This document shows, one piece after another, positions 12,953 through 25,204 of a stretch of 64,000 nucleotides of DNA; position 1 is the stretch's first letter; each line of letters opens with the position of its first letter. Made by a program: the position numbers and the translations under genes. The stretch lies in NCBI RefSeq assembly GCF_009914755.1, contig NC_060946.1. The stretch is one strand, 5' to 3'. The notes beneath the pieces are model-generated. The model was not told the origin of the DNA and did no database searches. It saw nothing but the letters and a program-made list of their open reading frames with translations. The DNA comes from the human T2T-CHM13v2.0 reference genome, Homo sapiens.

Positions 12953-15680
12953 TACTACAGAAAGAGTGTTTCAAAACTGCTGTACGAAAGGGAATGTTCA
13001 ACTCTGTGACTTGAATGCACACATCACAAAGAAGTTTCTGAGGATGCTGCTGTCTACTTTTTATACGTAATCCCGTTTCCAACGAAATCCTCCAAGCTAT
13101 CCAAATATCCACTTGCAGATTCCACAGAAAGACTGTTTCAAAACTGCTCTGTCAATAGAAAGGTTCAACTCTGTTAGCTGCGTGCATATATCCCAAAGAA
13201 TATTCTGAGATTGCTTCTGTCTAGTTTTTATGGGAAGATATTTCCCTTTTCACCGTAGGCGTCAAGGCGCTCCAAATGTCCACTTCCAGATACTACAAAA
13301 AGAGTGTTTCAAACCTACTCTGTGAAAGCGAATATTCAACTCTGTGACTTGAATGCACATATCACAAAGAAGTTTCTGAGAATGCTTCTGTCGAGATTTT
13401 ATATGAAGATATTCCCGTTTCCAACGAAATCCTGAAATCTATCCAAATATCCCCTCGCAGATTCTACAAAAAGAGTGTTTCAAAACTGCTCTGTAAAAAG
13501 AAAGGTTCAACTCTGTTAGTTGAGTACACACATCACAAACAAGTTTCACAGAATGCTTCTTTCTAGCTTGTAGGGGAAGATATTCCCTTTATCACCATGG
13601 GCCTCCAACCGTCCGAAACGACCACTTCCATATACTACCAAAAGAGCGTTTCAAACCTGCTCTAGGAAAGGCAATGTTCAACTCTGTGACTTGAATGCAG
13701 ACATCACAGAGCAGTTTCTGAGAATGCTTCTGTCTAGATTTTATAGGAAGATATTCCCGTTTCCAACGAAATCTTCACAGCTATCCAAATATCCACTTGC
13801 AGATTCTACAAAAAGAGTGTATCAAAACTGCTCTGTCAAAAGGAAGGTTCTTCTCTGTTAGGTGAGTGCATACGTCATAAAGGAGTTTCTGAGAATGTTT
13901 CTGTCTAGTGGTTATGGGAAGATATTTGCTTTTTCACCGTAGGCCTCAGAGCGCTCCAAATATCCACTTGCACATACTACAAAAAGAGTGCCTCAAAGCT
14001 GCTCTCTGAAACGGAATGTTCAACTCTATGAGTTGAATGCAAACATCACAAAGACGTTTCTGAGAATGCTTCTGTCTAGATTTGATATGAAGATATTCCC
14101 GTTTCCAACGAAATCTTCAAATCTATCCAAATGTCCACTTGCAGATTCAACAAAAAGTGTTTTTCAGAACTGCTCTATCAAAAGAAAGATCCACCTCTGT
14201 TAGCTGAGTTCACACATCACAAACAAGTTTATGAGAATGCTTCTGTCTAGTTTTTATTTGAAGATATTTCCTTTCTCACCATAGACCTGAAAGCTGTCCT
14301 AATGTTCACTTCCAGATACTACAGAAAGAGTGTTTAAAAACTGCTGTACGAAAGGGAATGTTCAACTCTGTGACTTGAATGCACACATCACAAAGAAGTT
14401 TCTGAGGATGCTGCTGTCTACTTTTTATACGTAATCCCGTTTCCAACGAAATCCTCCAAGCTATCCAAATATCCACTTGCAGATTCCACAGAAAGACTGT
14501 TTCAAAACTGCTCTGTCAATAGAAAGGTTCAACTCTGTTAGCTGCGTGCATATATCCCAAAGAAGATTCTGAGATTGCTTCTGTCTAGTTTTTATGGGAA
14601 GATATTTCCCTTTTCACCGTAGGCGTCAAGGCGCTCCAAATGTCCACTTCCAGATACTACAAAAAGAGTGTTTCAAACCTACTCTGTGAAAGGGAATATT
14701 CAACTCTGTGACTTGAATGCACATATCACAAAGAAGTTTCTGAGAATGCTTCTGTCGAGATTTTATATGAAGATGTTCCCGTTTCCAACGAAATCCTGAA
14801 ATCTATCCAAATATCACCTCGCAGATTCTACAAAAAGAGTGTTTCAAAACTGCTCTGTAAAAAGAAAGTTTCAACTCTGTTACTTGAGTACACACATCAC
14901 AAACAAGTTTCACAGAATGCTTCTTTCTAGCTTGTAGGGGAAGATATTCCCTTTATCACCATGGTCCTCAAACCGTCCGAAACGTCCACTTCCATATACT
15001 ACAAAAAGAGCGTTTCAAACCTGCTCTATGAAAGGCAATGTTCAACTCTGTGACTTGAATGCAGACATCACAGAGCAGTTTCTGAGAATGCTTCTGTCTA
15101 GATTTTATAGGAAGATATTCCCGTTTCCAACGAAATCTTCACAGCTATCCAAATATCCACTTGCAGATTCTACAAAAAGAGTGTATCAAAACTGCTCTGT
15201 CAAAAGGAAGGTTCTTCTCTGTTAGGTGAGTGCATACGTCATAAAGGAGTTTCTGAGAATGTTTCTGTCTAGTGGTTATGGGAAGATATTTGCTTTTTCA
15301 CCGTAGTCCTCAGAGCGCTCCAAATATCCACTTGCACATACTACAAAAAGAGTGCCTCAAAGCTGCTCTCTGAAACGGAATGTTCAACTCTATGAGTTGA
15401 ATGCAAACATCACAAAGACGTTTCTGAGAATGCTTCTGTCTAGATTTGATATGAAGATATTCCCGTTTCCAACGAAATCTTCAAATCTATCCAAATGTCC
15501 ACTTGCAGATTCAACAAAAAGTGTTTTTCAGAACTGCTCTATCAAAAGAAAGATCCACCTCTGTTAGCTGAGTTCACACATCACAAACAAGTTTATGAGA
15601 ATGCTTCTGTCTAGTTTTTATTTGAAGATATTTCCTTTCTCACCATAGACCTGAAAGCTGTCCTAATGTTCACTTCCAGA

Positions 15681-18600
15681 TACTACAGAAAGAGTGTTTC
15701 AAAACTGCTGTACGAAAGGGAATGTTCAACTCTGTGACTTGAATGCACACATCACAAAGAAGTTTCTGAGGATGCTGCTGTCTACTTTTTATACGTAATC
15801 CCGTTTCCAACGAAATCCTCCAAGCTATCCAAATATCCACTTGCAGATTCCACAGAAAGACTGTTTCAAAACTGCTCTGTCAATAGAAAGGTTCAACTCT
15901 GTTAGCTGCGTGCATATATCCCAAAGAAGATTCTGAGATTGCTTCTGTCTAGTTTTTATGGGAAGATATTTCCCTTTTCACCGTAGGCATCAAGGCGCTC
16001 CAAATGTCCACTTCCAGATACTACAAAAAGAGTGTTTCAAACCTACTCTGTGAAAGGGAATATTCAACTCTGTGACTTGAATGCACATATCACAAAGAAG
16101 TTTCTGAGAATGCTTCTGTCGAGATTTTATATGAAGATATTCCCGTTTCCAACGAAATCCTGAAATCTATCCAAATATCCCCTCGCAGATTCTACAAAAA
16201 GAGTGTTTCAAAACTGTTCTGTAAAAAGAAAGGTTCAACTCTGTTAGTTGAGTACACACATCACAAACAAGTATCACAGAATGCTTCTTTCTAGCTTGTA
16301 GGGGAAGATATTCCCTTTATCACCATGGGCCTCAAACCGTCCGAAACGTCCACTTCCATATACTTCAAAAAGAGCGTTTCAAACCTGCTCTATGAAAGGC
16401 AATGTTCAACTCTGTGACTTGAATGCAGACATCACAGAGCTGTTTATGAGAATGCTTCTGTCTAGATTTTATAGGATGATATTCCCGTTTCCAACGAAAT
16501 CTTCACAGCTATCCAAATATCCACTTGCAGATTCTACAAAAAGAGTGTATCCAAACTGCTCTGGCAAAAGGAAGGTTCTTCTCTGTTAGGTGAGTGCATA
16601 CGTCATAAAGGAGTTTCTGAGAATGTTTCTGTCTAGTGGTTATGGGAAGATATTTGCTTTTTCACCATAGGCCTCAGAGCGCTCCAAATATCCACTTGCA
16701 CATACTACAAAAAGAGTGCCTCAAAGCTGCTCTCTGAAATGGAATGTTCAACTCTATGAGTTGAATGCAAACATCACAAAGACGTTTCTGAGAATGCTTC
16801 TGTCTAGATTTGATATGAAGATATTCCCGTTTCCAACGAAATCTTCAAATCTATCCAAATGTCCACTTGCAGATTCAACAAAAAGTGTTTTTCAGAACTG
16901 CTCTATCAAAAGAAAGATCCACCTCTGTTAGCTGAGTTCACACATCCAAACAAGTTTATGAGAATGCTTCTGTCTAGTTTTTATTTGAAGATATTTCCTT
17001 TCTCACCATAGACCTGAAAGCTGTCCTAATGTTCACTTCCAGATACTACAGAAAGAGTGTTTCAAAACTGCTGTACGAAAGGGAATGTTCAACTCTGTGA
17101 CTTGAATGCACACATCACAAAGAAGTTTCTGAGGATGCTGCTGTCTACTTTTTATACGTAATCCCGTTTCCAACGAAATCCTCCAAGCTATCCAAATATC
17201 CACTTGCAGATTCCACAGAAAGACTGTTTCAAAACTGCTCTGTCAATAGAAAGGTTCAACTCTGTTAGCTGCGTGCATATATCCCAAAGAAGATTCTGAG
17301 ATTGCTTCTGTCTAGTTTTTATGGGAAGATATTTCCCTTTTCACCGTAGGTGTCAAGGCGCTCCAAATGTCCACTTCCAGATACTACAAAAAGAGTGTTT
17401 CAAACCTACTCTGTGAAAAGGAATATTCAACTCTGTGACTTGAATGCACATATCACAAAGAAGTTTCTCAGAATGCTTCTGTCGAGATTTTATATGAAGA
17501 TATTCCCGTTTCCAACGAAATCCTGAAATCTATCCAAATATCCCCTCGCAGATTCTACAAAAAGAGTGTTTCAAAACTGCTCTGTAAAAAGAAAGGTTCA
17601 ACTCTGTTAGTTGAGTACACACATCACAAACAAGTTTCACAGAATGCTTCTTTCTAGCTTGTAGGGGAAGATATTCCCTTTATCACCATGGGCCTCCAAC
17701 CGTCCGAAACGTCCACTTCCATATACTACCAAAAGAGCGTTTCAAACCTGCTCTAGGAAAGGCAATGTTCAACTCTGTGACTTGAATGCAGACATCACAG
17801 AGCAGTTTCTGAGAATGCTTCTGTCTAGATTTTATAGGAAGATATTCCCGTTTCCAACGAAATCTTCACAGCTATCCAAATATCCACTTGCAGATTCTAC
17901 AAAAAGAGTGTATCAAAACTGCTCTCTCAAAAGGAAGGTTCTTCTCTGTTAGGTGAGTGCATACGTCATAAAGGAGTTTCTGAGAATGTTTCTGTCTAGT
18001 GGTTATGGGAAGATATTTGCTTTTTCACCGTAGGCCTCAGAGCGCTCCAAATATCCACTTGCACATACTACAAAAAGAGTGCCTCAAAGCTGCTCTCTGA
18101 AATGGAATGTTCAACTCTATGAGTTGAATGCAAACATCACAAAGACGTTTCTGAGAATGCTTCTGTCTAGATTTGATATGAAGATATTCCCGTTTCCAAC
18201 GAAATCTTCAAATCTATCCAAATGTCCACTTGCAGATTCAACAAAAAGTGTTTTTCAGAACTGCTCTATCAAAAGAAAGATCCACCTCTGTTAGCTGAGT
18301 TCACACATCCAAACAAGTTTATGAGAATGCTTCTGTCTAGTTTTTATTTGAAGATATTTCCTTTCTCACCATAGACCTGAAAGCTGTCCTAATGTTCACT
18401 TCCAGATACTACAGAAAGAGTGTTTCAAAACTGCTGTACGAAAGGGAATGTTCAACTCTGTGACTTGAATGCACACATCACAAAGAAGTTTCTGAGGATG
18501 CTGCTGTCTACTTTTTATACGTAATCCCGTTTCCAACGAAATCCTCCAAGCTATCCAAATATCCACTTGCAGATTCCACAGAAAGACTGTTTCAAAACTG

Positions 18601-21600
18601 CTCTGTCAATAGAAAGGTTCAACTCTGTTAGCTGCGTGCATATATCCCAAAGAAGATTCTGAGATTGCTTCTGTCTAGTTTTTATGGGAAGATATTTCCC
18701 TTTTCACCGTAGGTGTCAAGGCGCTCCAAATGTCCACTTCCAGATACTACAAAAAGAGTGTTTCAAACCTACTCTGTGAAAAGGAATATTCAACTCTGTG
18801 ACTTGAATGCAGATATCACAAAGAAGTTTCTGAGAATGCTTCTGTCGAGATTTTATATGAAGATATTCCCGTTTCCAACGAAATCCTGAAATCTATCCAA
18901 ATATCCCCTCGCAGATTCTACAAAAAGAGTGTTTCAAAACTGCTCTGTAAAAAGAAAGGTTCAACTCTGTTAGTTGAGTACACACATCACAAACAAGTTT
19001 CACAGAATGCTTCTTTCTAGCTTGTAGGGGAAGATATTCCCTTTATCACCATGGGCCTCCAACCGTCCGAAACGTCCACTTCCATATACTACAAAAAGAG
19101 CGTTTCAAACCTGCTCTAGGAAAGGCAATGTTCAACTCTGTGACTTGAATGCAGACATCACAGAGCAGTTTCTGAGAATGCTTCTGTCTAGATTTTATAG
19201 GAAGATATTCCCGTTTCCAACGAAATCTTCACAGCTATCCAAATATCCACTTGCAGATTCTACAAAAAGAGTGTATCAAAACTGCTCTGTCAAAAGGAAG
19301 GTTCTTCTCTGTTAGGTGAGTGCATACGTCATAAAGGAGTTTCTGAGAATGTTTCTGTCTAGTGGTTATGGGAAGATATTTCCTTTTTCACCGTAGGCCT
19401 CAGAGCGCTCCAAATATCCACTTGCACATACTACAAAAAGAGTGCCTCAAAGCTGCTCTTTGAAACGGAATGTTCAACTCTATGAGTTGAATGCAAACAT
19501 CACAAAGACGTTTCTGAGAATGCTTCTGTCTAGATTTGATATGAAGATATTCCCGTTTCCAACGAAATCTTCAAATCTATCCAAATGTCCACTTGCAGAT
19601 TCAACAAAAAGTGTTTTTCAGAACTGCTCTATCAAAAGAAAGATCCACATCTGTTAGCTGAGTTCACACATCACAAACAAGTTTATGAGAATGCTTCTGT
19701 CTAGTTTTTATTTGAAGATATTTCCTTTCTCACCATAGACCTGAAAGCTGTCCTAATGTTCACTTCCAGATACTACAGAAAGAGTGTTTCAAAACTGCTG
19801 TATGAAAGGGAATGTTGAACTCTGTGACTTGAATGCACACATCACAAAGAAGTTTCTGAGGATGCTGCTGTCTACTTTTTATATGTAATCCCGTTTCCAA
19901 CGAAATCCTCCAAGCTATCCAAATATCCACTTGCAGATTCCACAGAAAGACTTTTTCAAAACTGCTCTGTCAATAGAAAGGTTCAACTCTGTTAGCTGCG
20001 TGCATATATCCCAAAGAAGATTCTGAGATTGCTTCTGTCTAGTTTTTATGGGAAGATATTTCCCTTTTCACCGTAGGCGTCAAGGCGCTCCAAATGTCCA
20101 CTTCCAGATACTACAAAAAGAGTGTTTCAAACCTACTCTGTGAAAGGGAATATTCAACTCTGTGACTTGAATGCACATATCACAAAGAAGTTTCTGATAA
20201 TGCTTCTGTCGAGATTTTATATGAAGATATTCCCGTTTCCAACGAAATCCTGAAATCTATCCAAATATCCCCTCGCAGATTCTACAAAAAGAGTGTTTCA
20301 AAACTGTTCTGTAAAAAGAAAGGTTCAACTCTGTTAGTTGAGTACACACATCACAAACAAGTATCACAGAATGCTTCTTTCTAGCTTGTAGGGGAAGATA
20401 TTCCCTTTATCACCATGGGCCTCAAACCGTCCGAAACGTCCACTTCCATATACTTCAAAAAGAGCGTTTCAAACCTGCTCTATGAAAGGCAATGTTCAAC
20501 TCTGTGACTTGAATGCAGACATCACAGAGCTGTTTATGAGAATGCTTCTGTCTAGATTTTATAGGATGATATTCCCGTTTCCAACGAAATCTTCACAGCT
20601 ATCCAAATATCCACTTGCAGATTCTACAAAAAGAGTGTATCCAAACTGCTCTGGCAAAAGGAAGGTTCTTCTCTGTTAGGTGAGTGCATACGTCATAAAG
20701 GAGTTTCTGAGAATGTTTCTGTCTAGTGGTTATGGGAAGATATTTGCTTTTTCACCGTAGGCCTCAGAGCGCTCCAAATATCCACTTGCACATACTACAA
20801 AAAGAGTGCCTCAAAGCTGCTCTCTGAAATGGAATGTTCAACTCTATGAGTTGAATGCAAACATCACAAAGACGTTTCTGAGAATGCTTCTGTCTAGATT
20901 TGATATGAAGATATTCCCGTTTCCAACGAAATCTTCAAATCTATCCAAATGTCCACTTGCAGATTCAACAAAAAGTGTTTTTCAGAACTGCTCTATCAAA
21001 AGAAAGATCCACCTCTGTTAGCTGAGTTCACACATCCAAACAAGTTTATGAGAATGCTTCTGTCTAGTTTTTATTTGAAGATATTTCCTTTCTCACCATA
21101 GACCTGAAAGCTGTCCTAATGTTCACTTCCAGATACTACAGAAAGAGTGTTTCAAAACTGCTGTACGAAAGGGAATGTTCAACTCTGTGACTTGAATGCA
21201 CACATCACAAAGAAGTTTCTGAGGATGCTGCTGTCTACTTTTTATACGTAATCCCGTTTCCAACGAAATCCTCCAAGCTATCCAAATATCCACTTGCAGA
21301 TTCCACAGAAAGACTGTTTCAAAACTGCTCTGTCAATAGAAAGGTTCAACTCTGTTAGCTGCGTGCATATATCCCAAAGAAGATTCTGAGATTGCTTCTG
21401 TCTAGTTTTTATGGGAAGATATTTCCCTTTTCACCGTAGGCGTCAAGGCGCTCCAAATGTCCACTTCCAGATACTACAAAAAGAGTGTTTCAAACCTACT
21501 CTGTGAAAGGGAATATTCAACTCTGTGACTTGAATGCACATATCACAAAGAAGTTTCTGATAATGCTTCTGTCGAGATTTTATATGAAGATATTCCCGTT

Positions 21601-24600
21601 TCCAACGAAATCCTGAAATCTATCCAAATATCCCCTCGCAGATTCTACAAAAAGAGTGTTTCAAAACTGCTCTGTAAAAAGAAAGGTTCAACTCTGTTAG
21701 TTGAGTACACACATCACAAACAAGTTTCACAGAATGCTTCTTTCTAGCTTGTAGGGGAAGATATTCCCTTTATCACCATGGGCCTCCAACCGTCCGAAAC
21801 ATCCACTTCCATATACTACAAAAAGAGCGTTTCAAACCTGCTCTATGAAAGGCAATGTTCAACTCTGTGACTTGAATGCAGACATCACAGAGCAGTTTCT
21901 GAGAATGCTTCTGTCTAGATTTTATAGGAAGATATTCCCGTTTCCAACGAAATCTTCACAGCTATCCAAATATCCACTTGCAGATTCTACAAAAGGAGTG
22001 TATCAAAACTGCTCTGTCAAAAGGAAGGTTCTTCTCTGTTAGGTGAGTGCATACGTCATAAAGGAGTTTCTGAGAATGTTTCTGTCTAGTGGTTATGGGA
22101 AGATATTTGCTTTTTCACCGTAGGCCTCAGAGCGCTCCAAATATCCACTTGCACATACTACAAAAAGAGTGCCTCAAAGCTGCTCTCTGAAACGGAATGT
22201 TCAACTCTATGAGTTGAATGCAAACATCACAAAGACGTTTCTGAGAATGCTTCTGTCTAGATTTGATATGAAGATATTCCCGTTTCCAACGAAATCTTCA
22301 AATCTATCCAAATGTCCACTTGCAGATTCAACAAAAAGTGTTTTTCAGAACTGCTCTATCAAAAGAAAGATCCACCTCTGTTAGCTGAGTTCACACATCA
22401 CAAACAAGTTTATGAGAATGCTTCTGTCTAGTTTTTATTTGAAGATATTTCCTTTCTCACCATAGACCTGAAAGCTGTCCTAATGTTCACTTCCAGATAC
22501 TACAGAAAGAGTGTTTCAAAACTGCTGTACGAAAGGGAATGTTCAACTCTGTGACTTGAATGCACACATCACAAAGAAGTTTCTGAGGATGCTGCTGTCT
22601 ACTTTTTATACGTAATCCCGTTTCCAACGAAATCCTCCAAGCTATCCAAATATCCACTTGCAGATTCCACAGAAAGACTGTTTCAAAACTGCTCTGTCAA
22701 TAGAAAGGTTCAACTCTGTTAGCTGCGTGCATATATCCCAAAGAAGATTCTGAGATTGCTTCTGTCTAGTTTTTATGGGAAGATATTTCCCTTTTCACCG
22801 TAGGTGTCAAGGCGCTCCAAATGTCCACTTCCAGATACTACAAAAAGAGTGTTTCAAACCTACTCTGTGAAAAGGAATATTCAACTCTGTGACTTGAATG
22901 CACATATCACAAAGAAGTTTCTGAGAATGCTTCTGTCGAGATTTTATATGAAGATATTCCCGTTTCCAACGAAATCCTGAAATCTATCCAAATATCCCCT
23001 CGCAGATTCTACAAAAAGAGTGTTTCAAAACTGCTCTGTAAAAAGAAAGGTTCAACTCTGTTAGTTGAGTACACACATCACAAACAAGTTTCACAGAATG
23101 CTTCTTTCTAGCTTGTAGGGGAAGATATTCCCTTTATCACCATGGGCCTCCAACCGTCCGAAACGTCCACTTCCATATACTACCAAAAGAGCGTTTCAAA
23201 CCTGCTCTAGGAAAGGCAATGTTCAACTCTGTGACTTGAATGCAGACATCACAGAGCAGTTTCTGAGAATGCTTCTGTCTAGATTTTATAGGAAGATATT
23301 CCCGTTTCCAACGAAATCTTCACAGCTATCCAAATATCCACTTGCAGATTCTACAAAAAGAGTGTATCAAAACTGCTCTCTCAAAAGGAAGGTTCTTCTC
23401 TGTTAGGTGAGTGCATACGTCATAAAGGAGTTTCTGAGAATGTTTCTGTCTAGTGGTTATGGGAAGATATTTGCTTTTTCACCGTAGGCCTCAGAGCGCT
23501 CCAAATATCCACTTGCACATACTACAAAAAGAGTGCCTCAAAGCTGCTCTCTGAAATGGAATGTTCAACTCTATGAGTTGAATGCAAACATCACAAAGAC
23601 GTTTCTGAGAATGCTTCTGTCTAGATTTGATATGAAGATATTCCCGTTTCCAACGAAATCTTCAAATCTATCCAAATGTCCACTTGCAGATTCAACAAAA
23701 AGTGTTTTTCAGAACTGCTCTATCAAAAGAAAGATCCACCTCTGTTAGCTGAGTTCACACATCCAAACAAGTTTATGAGAATGCTTCTGTCTAGTTTTTA
23801 TTTGAAGATATTTCCTTTCTCACCATAGACCTGAAAGCTGTCCTAATGTTCACTTCCAGATACTACAGAAAGAGTGTTTCAAAACTGCTGTACGAAAGGG
23901 AATGTTCAACTCTGTGACTTGAATGCACACATCACAAAGAAGTTTCTGAGGATGCTGCTGTCTACTTTTTATACGTAATCCCGTTTCCAACGAAATCCTC
24001 CAAGCTATCCAAATATCCACTTGCAGATTCCACAGAAAGACTGTTTCAAAACTGCTCTGTCAATAGAAAGGTTCAACTCTGTTAGCTGCGTGCATATATC
24101 CCAAAGAAGATTCTGAGATTGCTTCTGTCTAGTTTTTATGGGAAGATATTTCCCTTTTCACCGTAGGTGTCAAGGCGCTCCAAATGTCCACTTCCAGATA
24201 CTACAAAAAGAGTGTTTCAAACCTACTCTGTGAAAAGGAATATTCAACTCTGTGACTTGAATGCAGATATCACAAAGAAGTTTCTGAGAATGCTTCTGTC
24301 GAGATTTTATATGAAGATATTCCCGTTTCCAACGAAATCCTGAAATCTATCCAAATATCCCCTCGCAGATTCTACAAAAAGAGTGTTTCAAAACTGCTCT
24401 GTAAAAAGAAAGGTTCAACTCTGTTAGTTGAGTACACACATCACAAACAAGTTTCACAGAATGCTTCTTTCTAGCTTGTAGGGGAAGATATTCCCTTTAT
24501 CACCATGGGCCTCCAACCGTCCGAAACGTCCACTTCCATATACTACAAAAAGAGCGTTTCAAACCTGCTCTAGGAAAGGCAATGTTCAACTCTGTGACTT

Positions 24601-25204
24601 GAATGCAGACATCACAGAGCAGTTTCTGAGAATGCTTCTGTCTAGATTTTATAGGAAGATATTCCCGTTTCCAACGAAATCTTCACAGCTATCCAAATAT
24701 CCACTTGCAGATTCTACAAAAAGAGTGTATCAAAACTGCTCTGTCAAAAGGAAGGTTCTTCTCTGTTAGGTGAGTGCATACGTCATAAAGGAGTTTCTGA
24801 GAATGTTTCTGTCTAGTGGTTATGGGAAGATATTTCCTTTTTCACCGTAGGCCTCAGAGCGCTCCAAATATCCACTTGCACATACTACAAAAAGAGTGCC
24901 TCAAAGCTGCTCTTTGAAACGGAATGTTCAACTCTATGAGTTGAATGCAAACATCACAAAGACGTTTCTGAGAATGCTTCTGTCTAGATTTGATATGAAG
25001 ATATTCCCGTTTCCAACGAAATCTTCAAATCTATCCAAATGTCCACTTGCAGATTCAACAAAAAGTGTTTTTCAGAACTGCTGTATCAAAAGAAAGATCC
25101 ACGTCTGTTAGCTGAGTTCACACATCACAAACAAGTTTATGAGAATGCTTCTGTCTAGTTTTTATTTGAAGATATTTCCTTTCTCACCATAGACCTGAAA
25201 GCTG
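15681..25204. repeat. Near-identical copy of 1-9524 (offset 15,680 bp)
   Basis: All ORF-track entries from 712 to 9216 recur with identical translation at +15680. Rare SNVs are shared (ggcat 309/15989, caccatagg 987/16667, ctttttc 4273/19953). Only one difference was seen (1789 g vs 17469 c). Confidence 0.92.
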
